NCBI GenBank assembly: GCA_951406725.2
Contig: OX597815.1
Span: forward strand, 94,054,001-94,118,000
Source of the DNA: Octopus vulgaris
Taxonomy: Eukaryota
DNA: 64,000 bases
Reading direction: 5' to 3'
Both the position numbers and the translations under genes were made by a program. Under the pieces are notes generated by a model. That model ran no database searches, was not told the origin of the DNA, and was given only the letters and a program-made list of their open reading frames with translations. This document shows, one piece after another, positions 28,901 to 40,539 of this stretch. Numbering within the stretch: position 1 is the first letter of the stretch; the number at the start of each line of letters is the position of its first letter.

Positions 28901-29750
28901 AAAAAATCGACTATGAAAAGATAAGATGTGGGACATTTACTTCTCATTCAGAACTAATACCCCCCAGTTAGCTTTGGAACCAGAGGAATCGTTTGAAGAA
29001 ATTCACATCTATTTTCATACTCTTCTACTTTGTGTTCTTTCGGGAAGAAGACACGAGGAAGCCTCTACGTAATCATACAACATGCTAGAAATACCAACCA
29101 AAATCTCCATTTAAATTTAAAGCACCATCGTCTAAAAGAGGGAAGAACCTAATATTAAATACACGGGATGGTCACGGACAGCAGGTTTCTAAGGCCAAAC
29201 ATCTCATTCTGTTTTACAAACATTCAGTGAGTACACACACACACACACATATACATTTTATATCTATTACAACAGTATCGAAGAAACTAGTGATGCATTA
29301 TTCTTTCTTAGCTAAGTGGTGGTATTTAGTATCTACTTCATCACTATCACTTTTTATTCTGTTGCTTCAGCTATATGAGTCACAATTAAGGTTATGGTTT
29401 CTAGCAGATCGATCGATTATATCAATGTATATGAGCTGGTGTATGTATATACGCATATGTTTGGGATTTCCCTGTCATTACTTCACCCATCAAACTTTTA
29501 CAACTCTGCTGGTGTTCCTTTATTTTTATTCGCTTTGACCATTATAGCCACCACTCTAACATGTCTCTAGATAAGGTACTGTGAATAGATTGGCTATATA
29601 CTAAGTATTGAGTTCTTTATACAATTAGTTCGTGAAGTAGAACTTCTTGTAAACACACCTAGCCACGACGATGTACTTCAATTCATTGAGAATTATCTTT
29701 ACGTATGTCATTCAAGCATACAAACACAAATTTATAACGCAAAGTTAGTG

Positions 29751-29834
29751 GATTTCACAGCATGTCGTAGATGGGTCTTGGAAGATATCTATATAATTTT
29801 TGGGAAAGACCCATCTACGACATGCTGTTAAATC
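29751..29834. repeat. Hairpin with about 29-bp stem
   Basis: gatttcacagcatgtcgtagatgggtctt / aagacccatctacgacatgctgttaaatc. Confidence 0.85.
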
Positions 29835-30098
29835 ACTTTGGTTCGTTAAAACAATTACAATAAGACGTATAACGAAAAAGTTGAGTTCACAGATATACTG
29901 ACCACTCTAAGAAAGAAAACATTATATCAGAGATGTATATATGTCGATAAATGAAGTGCGAACGAAGTCGTGTGAATCGTCCAACGACAGTCTTAACTAG
30001 CTTCCATGACACTTTACAATTTACTTAATTACACAACTAAATTAAATGCTTCATAGGTACTAAATTTTTCTATTTCTATCAGTAAAATCACTACTTAC

Positions 30099-30156
30099 CT
30101 TTACGATGCTGAATTACGTCCAGGTGTCTGTCCATAACAGCCGGTATTTGATCCAT
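30099..30156 (-). CDS. Probable first coding exon of an unidentified host gene (MDQIPAVMDRHLDVIQHRK, phase-1 donor)
   Basis: Kozak context aacgATGG; consensus donor AAG|GTAAGT at 30099/30098; non-repetitive CpG-rich setting; CpG-depleted DNA lies downstream in this orientation. Confidence 0.55.
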
Positions 30157-30660
30157 CGTTGCGGAACAGAGACCTATATTTTTTTTTTCTCGGCAGCAGG
30201 AGCTTGCTAAAATTGGATTCAACCATGTGAACCAATGCCGGAAATGGGCGCCAACACTTGAATTTAAGCATTGCGCAGCCGCGATCACCGAAATTTCTTC
30301 CTATTTAATCGATTCTTTATCGATTATTTGCATATCTTTCACCTTTTGAGGTACCCTCGTATCATGAACTACCTAAAAATGCTTTTTTGACGGTTCAGTG
30401 TTGCTAGCTTCCACAAGAGAGCTTGTCACAAAATCGTCAACATTAAACAAAAGCACGTGTACGAAACATTTTTTTTTCTACCCGTTTGTTTTCTGTCTCC
30501 AGTTTTCCTTGTTATAACTCCTGGGCTATTTACAATCCCATGAGTTTTTCCCCCCACGTTTAATTTTACAACAAATATTTTCAAGATATTTCTCTCATTA
30601 AAAAGAAATCAATTGTAAATATACATAAAAACACGCGCGGGCACTCAGACATTCATTTAT
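30157..30660 (-). promoter_or_regulatory. Putative 5' UTR and promoter of the minus-strand gene
   Basis: Unique, CpG-containing sequence upstream of the candidate ATG; TATCGAT near 30318 and cgcgcggg near 30634. Inference only. Confidence 0.35.
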
Positions 30661-31479
30661 ATATAAATATGTAATTTATTGGTAAAACGGTAAGATAACA
30701 AAAGATAAATATGTAATTACATATTTTGAATATATAAAATTTTAATTGTTAAATTACAACTATATTAATTTAGATCTTTATACACATATATATTATATAT
30801 ATATATATATATATATCGTATATATAGTGTGTGTTTATGTACAATATATAAATATGATGTTTGTGTATTATATATATCTATCATCAATTTTATTTTGCTT
30901 TATGTACAAACAAGAAATGTCAACATTGGGAAAAGCTGTGGTACCCACTACACAATAACAATAGACTCTCCCAGAGTTGCAGTAGAAAATGTTGCATAAA
31001 ACATGTAGGCAACGTTGTTGATTGGTTGCATATTTAATAGTTTGGTAGTAGTGTAAGTGTTACTTGATATTTCATTGGTGGGAAGAACCAATAGTACGTA
31101 ACTATAAGTATTCTCTACAAGAGTTGTCTTGTCTTTATAATACAGTTTCTATGTAATATCATATCTCTCGTATAAACTATTCCCAGACTCTCTGTCTCAT
31201 TGATTTCTGAGGTAAACTATTCTGTCAGAAGAACTCGTTGTACTGTTGTTAGATCGATAAGGATAATAATAAACACATGTGTGTGTTATATTTACATTAC
31301 CAACCGATATTTTATATGCGTCTCTATGTAACTCGTCACTTAGTGATAAGACGAATAAATTTGATAAAACAAGCACCGAAATTTTTGAAGGCGATGTTCT
31401 CAGTATCGCTTGTGATTTCGTTGATCATACCAACCTCAGTTATGGTGTGTATGTATATGTGTATATATATATATTTTTC

Positions 31480-31920
31480 CTTTTATTCTTTTACTTGTTT
31501 CAGTCTTTTGGCTGCGGCCATGGTGGAGCACCACCTTAAAGAGGTTTTTTTTAGTCACACAAATCGATCTCAGGACTTATTCTTTGTAAAGCCTAGTACT
31601 TATCTATCGATTTATGGTACTACTAGCGAACAGTGGTCCCGGTGCGCGCATCCGCGCTAGCTAGTCGTAAGTAGTCGATCCTACAACGACTTTTTAACCC
31701 TAAACCTAATCCTAACCCTAACCTTAGTTTGTTTATAAAAATAATTTATTTACTTAGTTTAAAAAATTATTTAGGATCGACTACTTACAACCAGCTAGTG
31801 CGTGTGCGCGCACCGGGACCACTGTTCGCTAGTACCTCGATTTCTTTTGTCGAACCGCTAGTTGATGGGGTCGTAAGCACCAACATCAGTTGTCAAACGA
31901 TGATGGGAGGTGGACAAAAT
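31480..31920 (-). mobile_element. SINE interrupted by a MITE
   Basis: SINE body resumes colinearly on both sides of 31616-31836. Confidence 0.75.
31616..31836. mobile_element. Merlin/MULE-like MITE with long TIRs
   Basis: About 65-bp TIRs starting GGTAC; 9-bp TSD tcgatttat / tcgatttct; internal taaccc-like repeats. Confidence 0.8.
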
Positions 31921-32940
31921 TCTCCAAAATGGACATGCCATTAAGGAAAACAATTTTATCGTCTGGGGGACAAAACGACAACTGTACATGAGTTTCTACC
32001 TCAATAGGCCTTATTTCGGGCCCCGTCAATAAATAGCGGTCGTTTGCCAACTAACGTTTTTTTCTTATTTTTTCTTTTCTTTTTGTGTGTGTTTGTTAGG
32101 GTTCAAACCAAATGAACTCTACTTCTTACTGAACACACACGTATATGTATATGTATATGTATATATGTGTGTATATATCTGACGATAGGGTCACCAAAGT
32201 TGTAGCGATTTATTTGTAGTAATTAATAGAGGAAGAAACACTAGCGCAGCTGGGGTTGGGTGTCGGGGAGATCCGCCCCGGGAGGCACTTTCCATCCTGT
32301 TGTAGGCTATGCTGTAGGCAATATATTTTTTTTGTAAGGTCCGGGGGTAGCAAGTGGAAAGGTCCCCAGAGCGGCACACACTCTAGCTATGCTAGTGGGA
32401 AGAAAATATTGCTAGGAATGGCCCTTTAATTTCAGTTACAATGTAAGAAACAACGTCTTCGAGTTCTTGTTATACTCAGATTATTTGTCGTTTCCATTTT
32501 GTTGGATTATTTATCGTTATCCATTTTGTAGGTGAAGTTCATCTGTGAGTGATTGCCAGAGAGAAAGAGTAAAGGAATTAAACAAGTGGAGCGGGTGAAA
32601 GTTATACGCTCCCTCTTTGACAATTCATAAGTGAAGGAAGAAAGAGGGAAGCCCTTCGACGGGCGGCCAAGTTAAGAAGAGGTAGAACTGAATTTGGGTA
32701 CTGTATTTATACATGTTGTAAGCTACATGTAAGTCGGAGAACAATGGGAAGTAATGAGTTTATCTCTTTTAAACTGTATTTAACCTAAGAATGCTAATTT
32801 AAACAATAGAACTGAACTAAGTGTTGACAGTTGATTCTCATAAATTTCTAACTGCAAAAGCCAACAACAATAGTAAGACTTGATAGAAAAATGTAGATTC
32901 GATTTCAAATCCTGGCTTAAAATCTAGGAAGCTATTCCTT

Positions 32941-32958
32941 ACACACACACACGCACGC

Positions 32959-33008
<50 letters not shown>
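32941..33008. repeat. (CA)n microsatellite
   Basis: Seen directly. Confidence 0.95.
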
Positions 33009-33011
<3 letters not shown>

Positions 33012-33310
33012 GTGCGCGCTCATCATCATCATCATCATCGTTTACCGTCCATTTTCTATGCTGGCATGGGTTGGACGGTTTGACAGGATCTGGAAAGCTG
33101 TTCTGGCTCCGGTTGCCTGTTTTCACATGCTTTCTATGACTGATGCCCTTTCTAACGCCAACTACTTTACAGAGTGTGCTGGATGCTTTCTACGTGGCAC
33201 CGAGTGCTTTTTATGCGGAACCAACACCGGTATCAATTCTGTAGTGGACAGTCTTCTTGAACACCACCACCACCACCACCAACAACAACAATAATAATAA
33301 TAACAACAAT

Positions 33311-36300
33311 ACTTTGGGTAGAGAAGGGTATGTTTAAAGTGACTGAGCAGCTATTAGGAGAAGAAAGTGAATGACAGAACTGGAGGTAGAAGAGATTACA
33401 AGAGAACTGGAAAAGAAAGACCAGGCAGTAGGAAAGACAAACACCCATATAAGAGACACAGCACAAACCAAAGAAGAATCTAAAGGAAAAAATAATAATA
33501 GCGCTAATAATAAGGAAGGGATAACTGGCACCAGCGACTTAAGTGATGTAAGTGAGGAAGCTCTGAAGATTTTAGATGAGTTGCAGGAAGTAATGAGTGA
33601 AGAAGTAAAAGAAAAGATTGTCAGCATTAAAAGGCGCCATCAGAAGGAAGCTGCTAGAAATGACTAGGAAAGTAGTCATGTTACCAGTTGGATAGATACT
33701 AAAAATAAAGGAGACATTAATATACTGATCTATGCAGGAGGGGTAGTAGTCTCTAGAAGATTAGTTATCTCACAGGGAAAGATTAAAAAAGAGCAAATGT
33801 GGAAAAGGGGACTACAAAATAAAGTGAAGACTTTAAGACACAATCTGAGTAGAACAGAAGCCTGGAAGTTGAACAAGTTAGGTAACACAAGATCGAGAAA
33901 AGATACTTAGTCAAAGAGAAAGGAATTGGGACAGTAATAGAAGAGTTGAAACAGTGTATCATAGCAGTAGCTGGCAAGCTCTCCAGATAACAGAAAAGAA
34001 TAGATCAGTATCAATAGAATAGATTATTTGAGACAAACCAGAGGAGATTTTATAACCAAATAAATAGTGTAGAACGAAGTACTGAAGATGAGAAACCTAA
34101 TGCAGAAGAAGCTAGAAAGTTCTTGAGTAATATTTAGGATTAGCCAGTCAATCATAATCGAGATGCAATATGGTTAAAGAAAGTGAGAAGTAGTGTGTGA
34201 GAATCAGCCAGATCTAAGACTCACTAGTGCATTAATGAGTAAAGTGTTAGGGAAAATGCCGAATTGGAAGGGTGCAGAACCAAATTTAGTTCAAGGGTAC
34301 TGGCTAAAGAAATTTAGTAGTTTACATGGAAGGCTGAGGAAACGACTTCAACATTGTCTTAATGGAGGAATAATACCAGATTGGATGACTAGAGGCAGGT
34401 CAATGCTTGTCATGAAAGATAAGAGCAAGGGTAATACAGCTAGTAACTATAGACCAATCACCTGCTTACCATTAGTGTGGAAGCTGTTAACAGGAATGCT
34501 TTCAGAAAGTATTTACGAGCACCTTGACAACCAGAATTTACTGCCAGAAGAACAAAGGTTGCAGGAAGAAGGATAGAGGAACGCATGATCTGTTATACAT
34601 AGACAAAGCAGTTCTAAATGAAGTAAAAGCTTGAAAGAAAACTCTAACAATAGCATGGATGGATTATAGGAAAGCCTATGACATTTTCCCACACTCATGG
34701 ATAAGTGATGGGTTGAGTATATTCAGTATAGTGGATAACATAAGAGAATTAATTAGCTGTAGCATGAAGAAATGGAAAGTAGATATCTACTCAGGTGACA
34801 CAATGTCAGAGAAAGTTAATATCAAAAGGGAAATTTTCCAAGGGGAATCGTTGTCCCCTTTAATATTTGTCTTATTGTTGATCCCACTCAGTTTAGCGTT
34901 AAGGAAGGCAAAGGCAGGGTATCAGTTAAGAAATAATAAGGGAAAAATTAACCATTTGCTCTACATAGATGATCTGAAGCTTTTTAATACGACTGAAAAA
35001 GAGATAGATTCCTTAATACAGACTGTAAGACTCTTCAGCAAAGATATAGGCATAGAATTTGGTATAGATAAGTGTGCAATATTAATGATGAGAAGGGGAC
35101 AGGTAGTCAACAGCAAAGGTATCAAATTACCAGGTGGCCAGACATTAAAATCATTGAAAGGAGAGAGTTATAAATATCTAGAAGTATTAGAATCTGACAA
35201 AATACTAACTACAGAAATGAAAACGAAAATTGAGAAGGAATGCATCAGAAGGGTGAGGAAGGCAATGAAGTCAAAGCTAAATGGTCCGAATCTTGTAAAG
35301 GCTGTAAATAATTGAGCAGTATCATTACTTAGATACTCAGCAGCTTTTGTAGATTGGACAAAAAGACTCTACCCAAGGGCCGGAGTAGCAATAATATACC
35401 TACCTGGAAAGGAAGACAGAAGCGGTTTAATATCAGTAGAAGACTGTGTGGAGTTAGCTAGAGTAGATATAAACTCTTATGTAGGTAATAGTGAAGAAAG
35501 TTTATTAAAAGCTGCTAGAGTCACAGCAAGACATAGGAAAACAAAAACCCAAGCGAAGTTAAAAGCAGAAAAAAAAACTCCAGAAATTATCTGACTGGCA
35601 GGAGAAGGTGTTGCCTGTTAGATTTCCCAAAATAGTTTCAGCAAATAGTAGTAGTGAGACATGGTTATGGTTGCAGAAAGGAAAGCTGAAGAGGGAGAAG
35701 AAGTTTGTTAGTTGCTGCACAAGACCATGCATTAAGGACTAATACGCAAAAACCAAGTAGATTCCCAATGTGGAGTATGCAAATCAAAAGAGGAAAGCGT
35801 TACTCACACAGTAAAAGAATGTAGCATCTTGGCACAGAAAGAATACAAGAAAAGACATGACAACCTAGGAAGAGTAATCCCCTAGGAGTTATGAAGTAAG
35901 CTAGGATTTGAACAGACTGATAAATGGTATGAACACGTACCAAGTAAAGTACTAGAAAATAAGAAATATAAGATGCGGGACTTCAAAATTCAGACTGACA
36001 AAGTAATAGCAGCTAGAAGGCCTGATTTGGTAGTAGTAGATAAAGGGAATAGAAAGTGTCAGATAATTGACTTTACAGTCCCCAATGATGAAAACATTAA
36101 TACGAGTAGTATAGAAAAATAGTACCAGGACCTAGCTATTGAATTACAGAGACTATGGAAAGTGCGGATAAAATGTATCTCAGTAGTTATATGTGCATTG
36201 GGAATTATCCCTAAAGATCTGAACAGATGGATAGAGGAAATAGGCTTAAAACCCACTTTGGTACACCACCTCCAGAAAACAGTGTTATTAGGGACAGCTA

Positions 36301-36470
36301 AGATACTTAGGAGGGTTTTTGGCATCCAAGGTTACTTGTTGTAGCCCGATAGGAGGATTCTTGGCATCTAAGGTTACTTGTTGTAGACCGATGTTTCTTT
36401 TCCAACAGTCTAATTTATTGAGTGTATATGAAAATAATGATAACAACAACAACAATAATAATAATAATAA
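33311..36470 (+). mobile_element. Decayed R4/Dong-clade non-LTR retrotransposon (RT plus restriction-like endonuclease)
   Basis: NYRPITCL, WMDYRKAYD, IFQGESLSPL, HLLYIDDLKL, CCHC knuckle CGVCKSKEESVTHTVKEC, RRPDLVVVDK..IIDFTVP and QKTVLLGTAKILRRV; many stops and frameshifts; (AAC)/(AAT)n on both flanks. Confidence 0.93.
36310..36393 (+). repeat. 42-bp tandem duplication at the LINE 3' end
   Basis: taggagg..tttggcatc.aaggttacttgttgtag.ccga twice. Confidence 0.9.
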
Positions 36471-36529
36471 TGAAATATAGACATGATCTGTGTGTGTGTG
36501 CGCGCGCGCGTGTGTATACACACACACAC

Positions 36530-36560
<31 letters not shown>

Positions 36561-36575
36561 TCCATTCTGGATCAC

Positions 36576-36617
36576 AACTGCCCGACGAACAGGAACGTGA
36601 AACTGTGAGTAGCAATT
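36576..36617 (+). ncRNA. Type I hammerhead ribozyme-like motif (variant core CCGACGA)
   Basis: aactgc-CCGACGA-ac..gt-GAAA-ctgtga-GTA-gcaatt. Confidence 0.55.
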
Positions 36618-36820
36618 CTTTTGTGATATTTTTTTGTGATGTTTTTGCAGTTTTAATAATAAAGTATATTACTCTACCTCCGGTGTTCGAGTACTATTTG
36701 TTCCCACCTTGTCTCATATTTATGTGCTTACTCTGGTATATATATATATATATGACCGCGTGTGTACCGTTGGCGATTTTTTCCTCTGTCTTCCCATCTC
36801 TGGATCTTTCCTTCTCCTAT

Positions 36821-36855
36821 GTTTCCGACGAAGAGCTCCACTCGAAACGTTAAAC
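36821..36855 (+). ncRNA. Minimal type I hammerhead-like motif (variant core CCGACGA)
   Basis: gttt-CCGACGA-agagctccactc-GAAAC-GTT-aaac; ACGT palindromic stem III. Confidence 0.6.
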
Positions 36856-36953
36856 CCTCCTTCTTTCCTTCTTTCCTGAGCGTCCAGTAATACTATATTT
36901 GTTCCACGTCCTCGCATCGTTGTGTTTTTTTGTGCTTTCTTGTTTGGATTAAC

Positions 36954-36984
<31 letters not shown>

Positions 36985-36993
36985 ATGTGTGTG

Positions 36994-37892
36994 TGTAACG
37001 ATGAAGATTATTTTTTGTAACGATGCCTGTTTTTGTGAAACGTCGGGATTACCAGTTTGTAACGGTTGGAATTAAATTGCAAACAATAGTACGGAAAACG
37101 ATAGTCGATACACTGTAGGGTTGAATGTAATCTGTTTGTAAAGATTGGTCCTTCGTTGATAGCCGTTGATAATAAAAATGAAAGAACAGTGATTGAAGTT
37201 GCAAAGAAAATATTTATTTTACCGTTACATTATACATAATACCTTGCCTCGACGGGCAGGTGATAAAAATCCAAAAGCATGTGAAGTAAGAAAGTTAATT
37301 TCGGCCTGTGTGTTCTTATTGTAGTAGTCTGTTCTTATTGAAGTAGTAAACCACAGAGAGAGATATAGTAATGTGCAGCGAAGAGTAAGTGAGTTAGTGA
37401 AAGTGAGAGAGTGTGGGAAGTTGGGTCTCATAGCTGCTGACAGTAAATTTCATTTCTCCATTTGACCATTGTCTTTAGTAGCTGTTTTGCTTGTGATCAT
37501 GATTCTAGTGTTCCGCTCTCTAACTCATGATAGCTGTCTTTGACTCTAGTTGTCATTCATTAACTAACTGATTGAGTTGTCACGAGCCGACTAACTGATT
37601 TTTGCTTGGGGTTCTTGCTTTTATAACTATCCAGAAGGATAGACATATCATTGAGAAAAATAGATTTAGCTGGTGGTCTTGTTATCTTAATTCTAGCTTT
37701 TGGTGGTCTAGGAGAGGTTAGAAAGGTCAAGTGGTGAAGACATTATTTCGGCCAAGCTAAGGCATCTGGCAAATATAAAATTGCTATCACAGAAAAACTA
37801 TTGTTCCACAGTGAGAAATGTTTTGTTGAATTGTTACTTGAAATTTGGCTATAGTGGATCGAATCCATTTCATGCCTGCAAGATTCACTACA
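36994..37892 (-). mobile_element. Possible solo LTR
   Basis: TG...CA ends (tgtaac / ctaca); minus-strand TATAAAA near 37620 and AATAAA near 37215; TSD hidden by microsatellites. Confidence 0.35.
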
Positions 37893-37971
37893 CACACACA
37901 CACAAACATATATGGTTGATTGCTAAATCCACAAGTTTTTTTATTCTCTCTTTATTCATTTCCTCTTATTC

Positions 37972-38007
37972 CTTTCTGTTGAAGTGCGTAGGCTCGAAAC
38001 GTAAAAG
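37972..38007 (+). ncRNA. Minimal hammerhead-like motif (core CUGUUGA)
   Basis: cttt-CTGTTGA-agtgcgtaggctc-GAAAC-GTA-aaag. Confidence 0.55.
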
Positions 38008-38096
38008 ACTTTCTCACTTTCTCGAGCGTCAAACTGATCCACTTGCTTGTTGTTCATACACTTATCTTCGTCTTTTGTTTTTCTGTAAATTTCAAG

Positions 38097-38100
<4 letters not shown>

Positions 38101-38176
<76 letters not shown>
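38101..38176. repeat. (TA)n microsatellite
   Basis: Seen directly. Confidence 0.95.
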
Positions 38177-38179
<3 letters not shown>

Positions 38180-38353
38180 TATTTAAAATAAATTACTTTG
38201 CCGCATACTGAACTCATTAGAAATAGCAGCTAAAAAACTTTTTTAAAGCTATTTCTAATACTTAAAGAAAATCTCTCTCATATAGTGTTTGCTTAACTCA
38301 ACTCACAAAAGTTTGGGGGTAAGGACATCAAAAAATCAAATGCAAAGGTTATT

Positions 38354-38405
38354 TGAGAACGTACGTTTCAAGATTAGTCAATAGGACACTTCTATCATCA
38401 GCTCA
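38354..38405 (-). ncRNA. Type I hammerhead ribozyme motif with intact core
   Basis: Minus strand tgag-CTGATGA-tagaagtgtcctattgactaatctt-GAAAC-gtac-GTT-ctca; palindromic ACGTACGT stem III. Confidence 0.72.
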
Positions 38406-38742
38406 GAAACTCCTTGGTTTGGATTTGAAAACACTGAAAGTAAGAACATACCCTTTCGGCTTCTCATCGCTTTCGAAGATCTGCTCGTAACTAACAGTGC
38501 CAACAAACTCAAATATGCAAGCGAAGAATTTCTGTTCTCCCCTTTCCACCAGCGTGGGTTAAAATCATCAAACACTATGCTTATTTCGGTAAAATCCGAA
38601 GCATTAATTAGAGGGAGATTAATTTTATTTTACTAAGCCCTTTTATATAATGTAATAATTTGAATTCGCCTTAAATGGTCCCTTTGCATACTGAACACTT
38701 GGAAATTGATTAATAATTAATTAATTTTACCCTCAATTGTTG

Positions 38743-38775
<33 letters not shown>

Positions 38776-38852
38776 GTCAATGTATGGCGGTAATGTCAAA
38801 CAGTACAGCATGTCGCTTCCAAATTTCTGGCATAGTGAATTGCGTCATGGTG

Positions 38853-38982
<130 letters not shown>

Positions 38983-39720
38983 CAGGGTGCGGTGAATAAA
39001 CTGTCGTCTAAATTACGCAAAATTGAAAATAACACTGATATCTCATTTTAACAGATATATTATCAAAATTACATAAAAATATCTTGAAATACTAAAGAGT
39101 GAATTTACTTAATAAAATTGCCATTCGCTTCATTCTACCACGGCCTCAAGACGACTTCGGAATCTCCTGCAACTCTTCTGGACGGTCTCCTTGTTTAAGT
39201 TGGTCAGTGCTGCCAAAATCCTTGCCTTCAGTTCATCTTTGGTGTTACAAGGATTTTTGTTGGTCTCTCGCTCAGCTGCACCCCACACATAATAATCAAA
39301 GAGGTTGCAGTCTGGGGAGTTAGGTGGCCAGATGTTAGGGATGGTGTGGTCGCACAAATTGTCTGACAGCCATGACTGGGTTCTCCTCCTTGTGTGACAT
39401 GGTGCATAGTCCTATTGCCAGACATAGGGTCTTCCAGCAGCCCCCCCTCTTGACCCAGGACAGCACTTGATTTAGGCCCCCGTGTTGAGTCATGGAGGCA
39501 TAACGTCACCATCACTAGTGATCACACCAAACATCATGGTGTTGACTGGATGTTCGATTTTTATAACTCTCTGTACATGTCCTGAGATTGTACTGTCCTC
39601 AGATTGACACCCAAACACTCTGAAATGTTCGTACTGTAGCTTCCGGTGGTAATGTCAAACAGTTCAGCATGTCGCTTCCAAATTTCTGGCATAGTGAATT
39701 GCGTCATGGTGAGCACATAG
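38983..39720 (-). mobile_element. Tc1/mariner (maT/DD37D-like) relic
   Basis: WPPNSPDCNLFDYYVWG and MMFGVITSDGDVMP motifs; TA-cagggtgcggtg terminus at 38983. Confidence 0.85.
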
Positions 39721-40031
39721 AAAGATGTGCTAGGAACCTTCATACAAATTTCCAAATTTTCCCTCTTTACCAATATTCCCAGAACACCTCAGTGCAGCAA
39801 AGATTGAATAAAAAGGCAACTTCCATTAATAAATATCAACCACAACTTAATACGGGACACTACTAACCTTACTAATACCAATAATCCCACTAATCCTCAT
39901 ACATCCCATATACCATTCATATTCTAGTAATCATATCTAGCATCACTTTCAGAACTGCTTACCCCACTTGCATGCAATCTTTTCACCCAGGTACTATTAA
40001 ACTCAACACCATTTGGAAATCGGTGTTGATG

Positions 40032-40072
40032 CAAAGTCAGTGATCAGCTCTGACGAAACCGGTATGACTTTG
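40032..40072 (+). ncRNA. Degenerate minimal hammerhead motif
   Basis: caaagtca-gTGATcA-gctctgac-GAAAC-cg-GTA-tgactttg; perfect 8-bp stem I and ACCGGT palindrome, two core substitutions. Confidence 0.6.
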
Positions 40073-40267
40073 ACTTTCTATAATGACTCATAATACTGAT
40101 TTTTATACTTCTTAATTCCACCTCAAATCATTTATTTGTATGTATATATCGTTGTTTTTATATTAAAAAAAGCCATTAGTTTTATACCTCATGTGCATTT
40201 TCTTTGTTTCTTTTTACTTTTCCCCTATTTATACCGCGTGTAGTCTTTTTTTCGTAGAAACCCGTTT

Positions 40268-40333
<66 letters not shown>

Positions 40334-40449
40334 TATAAATATTTATATACATACACATATATATATGTCCTCCTTCTAATACACTTAGTTCTCCACAAAA
40401 TCATTCCATCTTTAATCTTCTTTGTCAACACCTCAAATGTAAAACTTTT

Positions 40450-40539
40450 TCTCTGAAGACGGACGCTGGTATTATCTGATGATGGAATCAATTTACAATC
40501 ATTATTTGGACTACTAAGCACCGAGAAACGGCTGTTGGA
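40450..40539 (+). ncRNA. Hammerhead motif with long stem II
   Basis: tct-CTGAAGA-cgg...ccga-GAAAC-ggct-GTT-gga. Confidence 0.5.

Noticed and set aside
30200-30260. WFTWLNPIL resembling ABCC transporter FWWLNPL
   Set aside because: No further similarity and it lies upstream of the best ATG; probably chance.
36310-36393. Repeat of CRISPR-like length
   Set aside because: Two adjacent units without spacers in a eukaryotic LINE end; no cas genes.
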